Notes under the pieces: model-generated
Databases searched by the model: none
What the model was told of the DNA's origin: nothing
The model's input: only the letters and a program-made list of their open reading frames with translations
Program-made: the position numbers and the translations under genes
Assembly (NCBI GenBank): GCA_963755915.1
Contig: CAVWLP010000002.1
Span: forward strand, 3,008,001-3,072,000
Length of the DNA: 64,000 nt
DNA from: an uncultured Phycisphaerales bacterium
GTDB taxonomy: Bacteria; Planctomycetota; Phycisphaerae; Tepidisphaerales; Tepidisphaeraceae
Direction: 5' to 3'
In this document: positions 54,654 through 64,000 of the stretch, in pieces
How the letters are laid out: each line of letters begins with the position of its first letter
How positions within the stretch are numbered: the stretch's first letter is position 1

Positions 54654-56261
54654 TCATCTGCTTTTGCTCCGCCGGGAAAGCATGCCGATTCCGGCGAAAC
54701 CTAGAAGTGCGAGCGAAGCCGGTTCAGGGACCGCGCCGATCGTTGGCAATGGCAGACCGTTAGCGACGGCAAAGGCATCGAGCGCTGCCACGTCTGCCGG
54801 GGTGACGGCGGCGCCGCTGTCGCCCTGGCCAAAATTGGCGGCCAAGGCGCTGAAGTCGGAGCCGTTGACGGAGGAGCCGTAGAGGAAATTGCCCTGGTCC
54901 CAGTTGGTGGCGCCGGTGCCGAAGTTGGCGGCGAGGATGCTGAAGTCGGACCCGTTGACGGTGCCGTCGAGGTTGGCGTCGCCGAGGAGGGTAAATTTCA
55001 GTTCGATCTGTCCGCTGGAGAGTCCTGCGACGACCTTATCTGCGCCGTCGGCCCAGCCGATGCCGTATTTGGCGCCGCCGGTGGCGTTCTGGGTTGCGGC
55101 CGCGGAGGAGATGATGCCGGTTCCGTTCCACGCGCCGTTGTTAAATCCGGAAAGGAGATAGGCCCGAATGGCGGCGATGGGATCGCTGGTTGTGTAGTCG
55201 ATGATGAGGTGGTTGTTGTTGATGTCCATCACGCCGTTGCCGGTGATGACGAGCGAGGAAATATTGATGTTGCTGGTGGCGTTGCCGGTGCCGGCGGTGG
55301 CGTCGGATTGGAGTTGGACGAGGCCTTCGTTGATGATGAACTCGTTGGCGGTGAGTCCCGTGCCGAGGACCAGCGCGCCGCTACCGGTCTTGTAGAAAAA
55401 GCCGGTGTCAACGATCAGGCCGGTCGGAGTTCCCGATACGGTGGTTGTACTACTGGTGATTTCGTAGTTGCCATTGCTGTTGTTGACGAGGATGGCCCCC
55501 GGGCTCACGGTGGAGTTTAACGTCACATTGTAATTGCCGTTGTTGTTATCGTTAAACTGCACCTGATCGCCGTCGGAGTACGTCTGTGCGGATGTGTTAT
55601 TGTTCCAGTTGTTGTTCACGCCGTCCCAGGTTGCGCCGTCGGCCGGGGCGGTGGCGCCGGTGTTGTTCCAGTTGAGCGTGAACACACCCGAGAGATTTTG
55701 CCAGGTCATGTCATAGCTTTTATTGGTTCCGGGATCGGCTTCCAGATTAAAACCTGAGATCGTGGTGAAATCGAACCCGCCGGGTGTTGGGGGAGACGCC
55801 GTCATCGGCGTGCCGTAAGGAGCATTGAAGGGGACGTCCACGATATATATGCCGGGGTTGTATCCAAAGCCGAAAGAATATTGCCATTCATCGCCTTCGC
55901 CGTCGTCGAGATCGACAAGCGGTCCGACTCCCTGGGTGTAACCGGCGGGGACTTCGGCGCTGTCATTGTTCACGGTGAACATAAGCTGAAGGTCATTGTC
56001 TGTGCCGCAGTTGATAACGGTTGGATATAACTCGTAGTAGCAACTTCCATAGGCACTGGGATACTGCCAATCCGAAAATGTTTCCCAGCCGGTCGCAGTT
56101 GAGGTTAAGACCGTGTAGGGCGCCGGGATGGTCCAGGCGGCGTATTTTGAATAACCGGAAAAATCGTCAAAGCCCTCGATGACCTGAGCGCTGGCCGCCG
56201 ATGTAGCCATGGCTGCAACCGACGCCGTCGCGGCGAGAATTAGTGATCGTTTCCTGGGCAT
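54654..56261 (-). CDS. Secreted PEP-CTERM protein with dockerin-like domain
   Basis: Signal peptide, GDANLDGTVNGSDF repeats, VPEPASLALLG...RRSKSR. Confidence 0.9.
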   Translation of the reverse strand: MPRKRSLILAATASVAAMATSAASAQVIEGFDDFSGYSKYAAWTIPAPYTVLTSTATGWETFSDWQYPSAYGSCYYELYPTVINCGTDNDLQLMFTVNNDSAEVPAGYTQGVGPLVDLDDGEGDEWQYSFGFGYNPGIYIVDVPFNAPYGTPMTASPPTPGGFDFTTISGFNLEADPGTNKSYDMTWQNLSGVFTLNWNNTGATAPADGATWDGVNNNWNNNTSAQTYSDGDQVQFNDNNNGNYNVTLNSTVSPGAILVNNSNGNYEITSSTTTVSGTPTGLIVDTGFFYKTGSGALVLGTGLTANEFIINEGLVQLQSDATAGTGNATSNINISSLVITGNGVMDINNNHLIIDYTTSDPIAAIRAYLLSGFNNGAWNGTGIISSAAATQNATGGAKYGIGWADGADKVVAGLSSGQIELKFTLLGDANLDGTVNGSDFSILAANFGTGATNWDQGNFLYGSSVNGSDFSALAANFGQGDSGAAVTPADVAALDAFAVANGLPLPTIGAVPEPASLALLGFAGIGMLSRRSKSR

Positions 56262-56701
56262 CTCTCACCTCAAAAACATTGGGAAGGGTGTTTGAAAAAG
56301 CGGAATTACAGAAAGGACACCTGACCATTTCCTCCGCCGTTCAAATTACCTCAATGGATAATAAAGGTCAAGCAAATTTTAACAGTAGTGTTATAGTCTT
56401 TTGCTCCAAAAAAAATCACCGCTTCGATCGTAGAAATACGCATCTTTTGTCTTAGGGTTCGACGGGAACCGCGTCGTTTGAACTCGTCCCGTCGGGGCAC
56501 TTCAAGAGCATCACTTGCATGACCGTCAAGACCTTGCTAACCGGAATCCAAACCTTGTCCTCGAGCCGCTTCACCTTCCGACCGCCCACACGCGCGCCCT
56601 GTTCTTCGCTCCTCTCGCTCGCAGCGCTGCTCGACCGAATTTCCAATGCCTGCTTCGCTCCCGGTGTGAATCGTTCCAGGTCGGCAACAAACTTGCTGCC
56701 A

Positions 56702-57754
56702 TCATGGCAAGTCGTAGTTGAGTTCGTCTTGCTTATTGAACCAATGCAGATCGTTGGGGCGCGTATCGTCGAGCATGAAGTTCTTAAACTGCAAGTCGGT
56801 TCCCCCAGACCCAGGCTTCTTCCAATGGAACGAATCCACATGTCCGTCAACGAACAGGAAATTGGCCGTCGTATTGTTCAGATGCCGGAAACGCAGATCA
56901 TTTCCAAGCGAGCCGTTGGGGCCCGTTGCGCCTTCCATCGCCGCGTAGTTCTGCCAATCCTGGTTCAGACCCGCGTCGGGACCCTGCGGATACGCCGCGT
57001 TCTGCATTGTTTCGAGAATGTTAATCGGCGTGGGCCAATAGAGCTGCCACCGATTGGGCTGAAGGTACCAGAAATCAGCGTCAGCCTGCCATGTTCCGGT
57101 CAGACTGCCGGTGAGACCTTCGTTCCCGATCAGCGCCGCGTCTCCCAGCATGATGATCTCACCCGGTCGTTTTACCTGCTCAAGCTTCATGGGAACCGCT
57201 CCCGGATTCATGGGCGCCCCGCCCAACGGGTTGCATGTCGTCGGATTGGTCAGAAGATTAGGCTGGAAGCGGAACAGAACGGAGAGCACGCTGTAGGTGT
57301 TCGCTTGGGACGGATCCCAAGTCGGATACGGGGCCGTCGGCCCAGAAGGCACATACGTGCTATCAATCGTGTCTTTGTCCTTGAAGAGCGCCCCAACGAC
57401 TGTGCGCCCTGGCCGCTGTATAAACCGTTCGAGCCTCCCTTAATGAACGGCAGAATCAGATAGTGCCAATCGGTCGCGCCCTGATCGTTGAGACTACCGT
57501 CGCCGGTCCAATAGTAAAGCGGGAAATGATCGTTATACGCTTCGGCGTATTCAATGATCGCCATCCCAATCTGCCGCTCGTTCGAGGCACATGAGATAAG
57601 ATTAGCCTGCTGCCGCGCGCCCCAGCGCCGGCAAAATGATGCCAATCAGAATCGCTATAATCCCAATGACCACCAGCAACTCAACGAGCGTAAACCCAGC
57701 TTTCTTTCGCATGCCTGCCTCCGGCATAGGGGTAAAATTCGAACTCTGAATCAT
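56702..57754 (-). CDS. Prepilin-type N-terminal cleavage / H-X9-DG (DUF1559-like) protein (frameshifts)
   Basis: GFTLVELLVVIGIIAILIGIILPAL, CASNERQIG, FRH..ANFLFVDGHV. Confidence 0.88.
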
Positions 57755-59475
57755 GGTGTCACCGATGCATGTTGGATGCCGACCTCGTTCGCCGCGGCGG
57801 CGTCTGTGCTTGCTACGAAATTGAACGTGGCGGGTGCGGCATTCTTGATATTCACAGACTGAGCGCCAGCGATGGACACATCGACCATCGCTGCCGACCC
57901 CACGGCTCCCGCATCCGCCAATACGCCATAGCCCACCCCGGACAATCCGGGATTTATGATCCGCACCCGATCGAACGTAATGTCGTTTATGGGCAGGCAC
58001 TTAACGCACGTGAACTTGATCCCATCGGTGGGGCTATCGAGCACGTCGATGTCCTGGAATCTCACGCCGGAGAGGCTGCGAAGATTCGTCATGACCGCAA
58101 TCGCACCGTCGCGGTCGCCGGCGCGGGTGATGTGAACATCGCGAAAATTCGTGACTCCGTGGAAGCCGGATTCCGTGGGGAACATGGTGCTGACTAGCAG
58201 GCCGGCGCCGTAGGGGATGTCGATGGCTTGGCAGTCTTCGACGCTGTTTCCACTTCCGCCGTAAACTGAAAACGCCTGGGCCAGGGTGGGGAGCTGTGCC
58301 GCGCAATGGACGAAGCGGTTATTGCCGGCAAGATATGTCGCATCGGCATAGGTGGCGGGCCACATGGCGAAGCAATCATCCCCCGTGTTTCGGGCGGTGC
58401 AGTTGCGGACGATGGTATTTCGCATCCCCAGGCAGAGGTTGATTCCATCGGCGATGGTGTCGCGGAAGCGGCAGCCTTCGACGAGCAGGCCATCGGAATT
58501 GACGAGCCAGGCACCGGTCTTTGTGTGTTCGACCCAGATTCTGCGGATTGACGATCCTGTGCCAAAGGTTCCGCATAGGCCGTCGTTGGGCTCGGAATCG
58601 TTGCGATAAGTGAGATTGCCGATGATCGCGAAATCGGACAGCGATACGTTCGACCCATTGCCGAGAATGGCGAGGCGATTTACGGGTGAGTAGTCATCGA
58701 CGCCGCGCAGGGTCGAATACCACATCCCCGCGCCGGCAATGGCGACATCGCTGACCTGGAGCGGTCCCTTGACCTGATATTCACCCGGGGGGATCCAGAC
58801 CGTTTTGTGCGTGGATTTCGCAGCGGAAATGGCGGCAATAAAGGCATCGTGGGCGTCGGCCTGCCCGGCGGCATTTGCGCCGAAATCCGTGACTGACAGG
58901 GAATTCATCGGTCTGGGCAGTGGGGCGGGGACGGCTTCGAGATCGATGAAATCGATCAGGTATTGGCTGGCGAGATCGCCGGGGTCTTTCTCCAGGCGAA
59001 TGGTGTCCCCGGCATGAATCTGGCCGGGCATTTGCCTGACCTCATCCCAGAAATGCCGAGGGGAGCCCGAGGCCGGATTGTTGTTAAATGGATATTTGCC
59101 ATAGACATAGCAGTATTTCGAGGTCATCGGCAGGCGGGAGCGGAGTGTGCCGTTGACGTATAGGCTGAGGGTGGCGGCGTCCGTGCCAGGCGGGAGGCAG
59201 TAACGGACGACAATTCCGTTGGCGTCGGCTTTGGCGTTAAACTCGATAAAGTCACCGGTTTGGGAGAGGCGGATGCATTGTCTGCCGCTGGCTTCTCTCG
59301 GGGGGGTTTGGCCAATATAATCCGGTCCGAGAACCAGGCCGTTGTTTTTGACTGCTTCTGCTTCGTAGGTAGTCCAAGGGAGGACCGCCCCCGGGCGGCT
59401 GGTTTGAACCGCCGTGCAACCGCCAAGCAATGTCAGCATGGCTGCAAGTCCAACCGCCGCGCACCAAACGTTCAT
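57751..59475 (-). CDS. Beta-helix glycoside hydrolase, GH87 alpha-1,3-glucanase/mycodextranase-like lipoprotein
   Basis: LGGC lipobox, PWTTYEAE, EASGR, ANGIVVRY, AGAGMWYS, ADGIN, RNTGDD. Confidence 0.78.
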   Translation of the reverse strand: MNVWCAAVGLAAMLTLLGGCTAVQTSRPGAVLPWTTYEAEAVKNNGLVLGPDYIGQTPPREASGRQCIRLSQTGDFIEFNAKADANGIVVRYCLPPGTDAATLSLYVNGTLRSRLPMTSKYCYVYGKYPFNNNPASGSPRHFWDEVRQMPGQIHAGDTIRLEKDPGDLASQYLIDFIDLEAVPAPLPRPMNSLSVTDFGANAAGQADAHDAFIAAISAAKSTHKTVWIPPGEYQVKGPLQVSDVAIAGAGMWYSTLRGVDDYSPVNRLAILGNGSNVSLSDFAIIGNLTYRNDSEPNDGLCGTFGTGSSIRRIWVEHTKTGAWLVNSDGLLVEGCRFRDTIADGINLCLGMRNTIVRNCTARNTGDDCFAMWPATYADATYLAGNNRFVHCAAQLPTLAQAFSVYGGSGNSVEDCQAIDIPYGAGLLVSTMFPTESGFHGVTNFRDVHITRAGDRDGAIAVMTNLRSLSGVRFQDIDVLDSPTDGIKFTCVKCLPINDITFDRVRIINPGLSGVGYGVLADAGAVGSAAMVDVSIAGAQSVNIKNAAPATFNFVASTDAAAANEVGIQHASVTP

Positions 59476-59631
59476 TAATCCCTCGAGTGAAGGGGCGTCC
59501 CATGGAACTATAACACTGGTGTACTAGTCTACCGGCGATCTAACCAATGTCAACGGTTTTTTCTAGTGAATCGGTAAATTCAAGGGTAAAATAGCACACG
59601 GGTGAGATAGCTTAGAGAGAAAGTTTCTAAC

Positions 59632-60695
59632 ATGCCTCAGCGGCAAAAGTTCCGAGACGTGATGTCGGTGATCGAGCGGCGGATACGCCAGGGCGATTAT
59701 GTGTTGTCGCCCATTCCCGGTGAGCGAAAGATCGCCGAGGAGACGGGCGTGAGCCACATGACCGCGCGAAAGCGGTGCGCGGACTGCTGGAGAGAAAGGT
59801 CCTGATCCGGCGGCCCAACGGGTCGCTCGATGTTCATCCCCGGCAGCAGAGCAACGCGGGTGGGGCACACTTCCTTCTGCTTTATCCGGCGTATGCGTCG
59901 ACTTATCTGACGCATTTACGGCAGACGGTTGATGAAGCGGCTCAGAAGTATGGTCTGGCGATGCGGCCGGTGCAGTATGTGCATTGGGATGATCCGGTGG
60001 TCGCGAGCGCGGCGGGGAATCCGGCTGGGGTGATCTTTATTCCCAGCGCCGTCAATGTGCCTGAGCATGTGATGGCCATGCTGCGGATGAGCAAGAGCGT
60101 ATCGCTGGACCTGGACCTGAGCGACCGGGCGATTCCATCGATAAGCGTTTTCCCCGATGCCCACATCGTGAGGGTTTTTGACCATCTTCGCCAGCTTGGG
60201 CATCAGCAGGTTTGGTGCGTCAGCACGCAGGCTCACAACCCGGAAATCGAGCGGCGGATTTGCCTGTGGCGCCGTTACCTGGAAGAGCACCAGATGAGCG
60301 GCGAGCTTCTTGAGCGTCCCACGACTTCGTTTCAGGATGCGACGCCGACGGGATACGACCTGATGCGCGAACTGCTCGAGCAGGGGCCGCTGAAATCGAC
60401 GGCCTTTGTCGGCACGACGTTTCCGGCGGCGGTTGGCGCGATGCGCGCCTGCTGGGAGCAGGGATTGGTGGTTGGAAAGGACGTTTCGATTTGCGCGATC
60501 AATATTGAATCGCCGGCGCGGTTCATGACTCCGTCGGTGACAGGGCTGGAGATTCCAAATCTCTCCAAATTGCTGGGGCAATGCTTTGACTGGTTCACCG
60601 AAGATTATGAGTGGACGGGGGCGAGGCGAATGGAGCCTGGCCGGGCCGAATTCATCGAGGGGGAGTCGACCGGTCCGGCCAACATGCCTTCCTGA
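59632..60695 (+). CDS. GntR-type HTH + periplasmic-binding-fold transcriptional regulator (frameshift near 59770)
   Basis: IPGERKIAEETGVSHMTARK HTH; GAMRACWEQGLVVGKDVSI. Confidence 0.85.
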
Positions 60696-60897
60696 AAATC
60701 GCCTGAACTTTATAAATAGTTCTGTGACGTTATATCCTAAATTGCGTCATTTGGGACCGCATTAGCGACCTAGCGATTTTGGGATCCCCGCATTTTTTCG
60801 GGATCAAATCCTTTTATCTTCCGAACCCAAAAAACCGCTTTTCATCCCGCAAAATCTTCGGTTTTTGCGACATATAACATGCGCGTTAAAATTTCGC

Positions 60898-60926
60898 TTG
60901 ACGCCCGCCAAAAACAGCGGTATTTT
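60898..60926 (+). promoter_or_regulatory. Sigma70-type promoter for the gene at 61011
   Basis: TTGACG-17 nt-TATTTT. Confidence 0.55.
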
Positions 60927-61010
60927 TAGCCGTCGAGGAAATGATTTCGGGTCATTTCGAACTGCCTATCATGCCCTTACGGGCGCGAATCCTTTGAGGG
61001 AGAAAAACGC

Positions 61011-61781
61011 ATGAAACGGTTCTCAATCCTGGCGGCGAGCGGCATCGGTTTGGCAATATTGGCATCCACGGCGAATGCCCAATACAACCCAATCGCTAAT
61101 TTTGACTCGCCCTATCCGCCGATCGGCCAAGTAGGTCCCAACGGTCCCTTCCCTTCTTACGCCTACGCCAACTACGGCGCCTGGGCAGATTCGTCCCCGA
61201 CGACGGTGATTACTTCCAATCCCACCAATTGGGAGGTCGCTTCAAGCGCCGGCTACGGCAGCAACTTCTTCAATATCTATTTCGCCAGCTATGGTCCCAC
61301 GGTTAACGCCAGCGCTGACAACACACTGCTTCTTCAGGTAAACGTTGTCTCCGGCACCGTTCAGGGCGGCGATTTCTTCGTCGATCTGACCGACGGCGAC
61401 AGCGGTGGCAATGAGGGCTTCCAGTACAACATCAGCGGTAACCCGGTTTTGGGCCCCGGCTCGTATACCTTCACCATTCCCCTCGACGACCCGACCGCTC
61501 CATTTGGAACTTACGGCGCCGAGTCAGCCGAGCCTACGAATCCGTCCCAGCTCTCCGCCAACTTCGGCGGTCTGACTTGGTACCTCGATATTTCATCGCT
61601 CATCGGATATCACCTGGAGCTCGATCCCGGCGTCCTCCCCGGCACCAACACTCCCAGTCCCTACGATGTTCAGTACGTCGCGCTTGCGGCTGTCCCCGAG
61701 CCCGCAAGCCTGGGAATCGGCGCAATGAGCGTGATTTACCTGGCCGGTCGGCGTCGCCGGGCAGTCGCGAAAACCGCCTAA
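61011..61781 (+). CDS. Secreted PEP-CTERM protein
   Basis: GAGGGAG RBS, signal peptide ending ANA, VPEPASLG...RRRR. Confidence 0.9.
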   Translation: MKRFSILAASGIGLAILASTANAQYNPIANFDSPYPPIGQVGPNGPFPSYAYANYGAWADSSPTTVITSNPTNWEVASSAGYGSNFFNIYFASYGPTVNASADNTLLLQVNVVSGTVQGGDFFVDLTDGDSGGNEGFQYNISGNPVLGPGSYTFTIPLDDPTAPFGTYGAESAEPTNPSQLSANFGGLTWYLDISSLIGYHLELDPGVLPGTNTPSPYDVQYVALAAVPEPASLGIGAMSVIYLAGRRRRAVAKTA

Positions 61782-61819
61782 ATCGCCTCACATTCAGGCA
61801 CAGCGATGTTCAGAAATTC

Positions 61820-61853
61820 GCCTCCTCATCAGAAATGGTGAGGAGGCTTTTTT
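61820..61853 (+). terminator. Intrinsic terminator
   Basis: GCCTCCTCATCA-GAAA-TGGTGAGGAGGC-TTTTTT. Confidence 0.88.
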
Positions 61854-61890
61854 GTTGAAATGAAATTTACCGGAAGGATGCCGTGGGCGT

Positions 61891-63731
61891 TCAGGGGCGC
61901 AACGCGTGTTGCCGGGAGCGGCGGCGGACGCTCAAGACAGCCATGATTGCAAGTGCCGGCAGGGCGACCGGTTCGGGGACATCGGCAAGAAGTCCGTTAG
62001 CGGCGGCGAAGGCTTGGAGGGCGGCGCGGTCTTCGGAAGTGACGTTGCTGGCGCCGCTGTCACCCTGCCCGAAATTAGCGGCCAGGGCGGCGAAATCGCT
62101 GCCGTTTACGGTGGTGCCGTAGAGGAAATTTCCCTGGTCCCAGTTGGTGGTTCCGAGCCCGAAGTTTGCGGCCAGGATGCTGAAGTCGGTTCCGTTGACG
62201 ACGCCGTCGAGATTTGCATCGCCGAGCAGGGTGTACTTGATTTCGATCTGTCCGGAGGAGAGACCGGCGACGACGCCGTCTTTTCCGTCGGCGAAGCCAA
62301 GTGCATAGGCGTGATTGGCGGCGGCGTAGGATGAATCGATTCCCAGGCCGTTCCATCCGCCGTTGTTAAATCCGGAAACCAGGTAGGCGCGGATAGCTGC
62401 GATGGGATCCGAACTGCCGTAGGTGACGGTGAGCTGATCATTCGTGAGGTCGAGGCTGGCGGTGCCGTTCAGCGTGTAGGTGTTGATGGAGGTGATCGTG
62501 GCGGTGGTCGATGTAATCGCATCCGCAAGCGTCTTGAGCGCATCGGGAAAATCCAGGTTATTGATGTCGCTGGACGTCTGGCTGAGTATGGCTTCCTCGG
62601 TGGTGTCCAGAGTTGAGTTGCCGAGAAACTGCTCGCGCGCTTCGTAGAGCTGGTAGACGAGTTGCAATTGAGAGAGGCCGTAGGGAACGCCGGTGAACTG
62701 CTGGATCTGCTGGAGCGATGAAAATCCGTTCTGGACGGTCGGCTCGATCATGGTTCCTTCGCCGTAGTCGTTCCAGGTGGCGATCTGGATTCCTCCGCCG
62801 ATATTTTTGGCGTAGGTTTCATCCTCATCGAGGGTTTCGGTGAGGGTTGAGCCGTTGCTGTCGCTTTCAGGGATGACGAATCCCGCCGCGGCGGAGGGGT
62901 CGCCGCCGGCGGTGTAGAAGTCGTTGTAGCCCACGAAGGCGTCGCCGATGGAATTGCTGAAGGTGCCCGCCTCGTACTGGAGAAAGTTCTGCTGAACGGT
63001 GTGGTAGTTGATCGTAGAGTTTTCATAGATCCAGCCCATTTCGCCGACGGCGGGGGGACGCCGACTTCGTAGGATTGATATTGGAGCGGGACGATCGCGG
63101 GGGTCTGGCTGACGCCGGAGAGAATCGAGGTCCACTCGGTGGATGTGTTGTCTACGCTCGAGATGGGGCCGAACAGGGGCAACAATGGGGCATTGCCGAC
63201 CTTGATGTAGTTGGACTGGGTGGCGTAGTTTTGCTCCATGTAGTTGATGTTGGTGGTGACCTCGCTGGCGGAGGTTGCGAAGCGATCTTCGAGTTGGACG
63301 GCGACTTGCAGGCCGTAGGTTTGGGTGGCGGGGATGATTTTGTTGGAGGCGTCGAAGAGAGATAGTTCGTCGCTGTTGGAGCCTTGCTCGCCGTACCAGT
63401 CGACGATGGTGCCGCTGATTCCGGAGAGTTTCATCAGTAGCATCTGGTATTCGATGACGTAGGGATCGCTGGAGTCGTAGGGGCCGATGAGAGGGTAGTA
63501 GTAGGAGGCGATGTTGCGCTCGCCGTTGGGTTCGATGACGTTGGGGTTTTGGTTGTTCATGGTCCAGTGCCAGCCCCAATTGGTGCCGTTGAGGGTTTCG
63601 GGGGTCTGGAACCAGGGCATGAGCTGGACGTAAACGGGGGTGGGATTTGTCTTGGGGACGGTGGCTTGAGCCAGCAGGGCGGAGGGGAAACCGAGTAAGC
63701 AGCCGGTTGCGACAACCCGATGCTGTTTCAA
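61891..63731 (-). CDS. GH71/GH99-like glycoside hydrolase + dockerin-like + PEP-CTERM (frameshift near 63060)
   Basis: VYVQLMPWF, ASYYYPLIGPYDSSD, VDWYG, IATWNDYGEGTMIEP, GDANLDG, VPEP. Confidence 0.82.
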
Positions 63732-64000
63732 CTGAGCTCCTTGTGGGTGGCTTGGAATTCCTCGGGGAATACTCCGCGGGGGGAGTATAACAGTGTTGTT
63801 CTAATCAAACAATTGAAAGGTGCCGGCGAGAGTTGGGCAGGGGGGAAATTATATTTGTCGATTGGGTTTTGCATTTTGGTTTTCTGCGCTCGCGGTACAA
63901 AAGGTTAATCCCGTTCGGCACGCAGGCTTCATCGGAGCATTCCAAAGCTGTGGAGGACGCGAAACAATTGAAGCTTAGATACTTTTACTTTCCCCTGCTG

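Noticed and set aside
1658-63731. Mass pseudogenisation or programmed frameshifting
   Set aside because: Single-base indels hit host, island and IS genes alike, often in homopolymer or GC runs, with motifs otherwise intact. Sequencing error is the simpler explanation. The same errors could in principle affect the int read-through frames, so those need read-level confirmation.

Overview
High-GC bacterial DNA, most likely a planctomycete (Phycisphaerae/Tepidisphaerales-like). This rests on PEP-CTERM/dockerin proteins, a DUF1559-type prepilin gene and a CGYDLR zinc-ribbon protein. Many genes are broken by single-base indels, probably long-read assembly errors. Layout: (1) 1-11.5 kb host genes: a DUF3987-like protein, two TPR/O-GlcNAc-transferase (GT41) genes carrying in-frame palindromic insertions, hrpB and an M29 aminopeptidase. 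(2) 11505-23062, an 11.5-kb integrative mobilizable element (RepL-like Rep, ParA/ParG, MobF relaxase, resolvase, ParDE-like TA, Xis, tyrosine integrase) inserted in the 5' END of tRNA-Val(CAC); it supplies a copy of the tRNA promoter from inside its integrase gene. (3) 23094-50695, a decayed 27.6-kb island in the 3' end of the same tRNA (sulfatase/FGE/porin/GH63 cargo, and a response regulator split by IS21). (4) 50.9-64 kb, a glycan-utilisation locus (ABC transporter, GH87-like, GH71/99-like, PEP-CTERM proteins, regulator) with a shared operator-like motif. Main finding: both integrase reading frames run through their att core without a stop, into the tRNA. Re-joining each element's ends fuses the integrase in frame to a similar L-x2-[VI]-x3-W-x2-LP tail encoded at the far end of the element. 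This suggests an excision-dependent C-terminal switch of the integrase.
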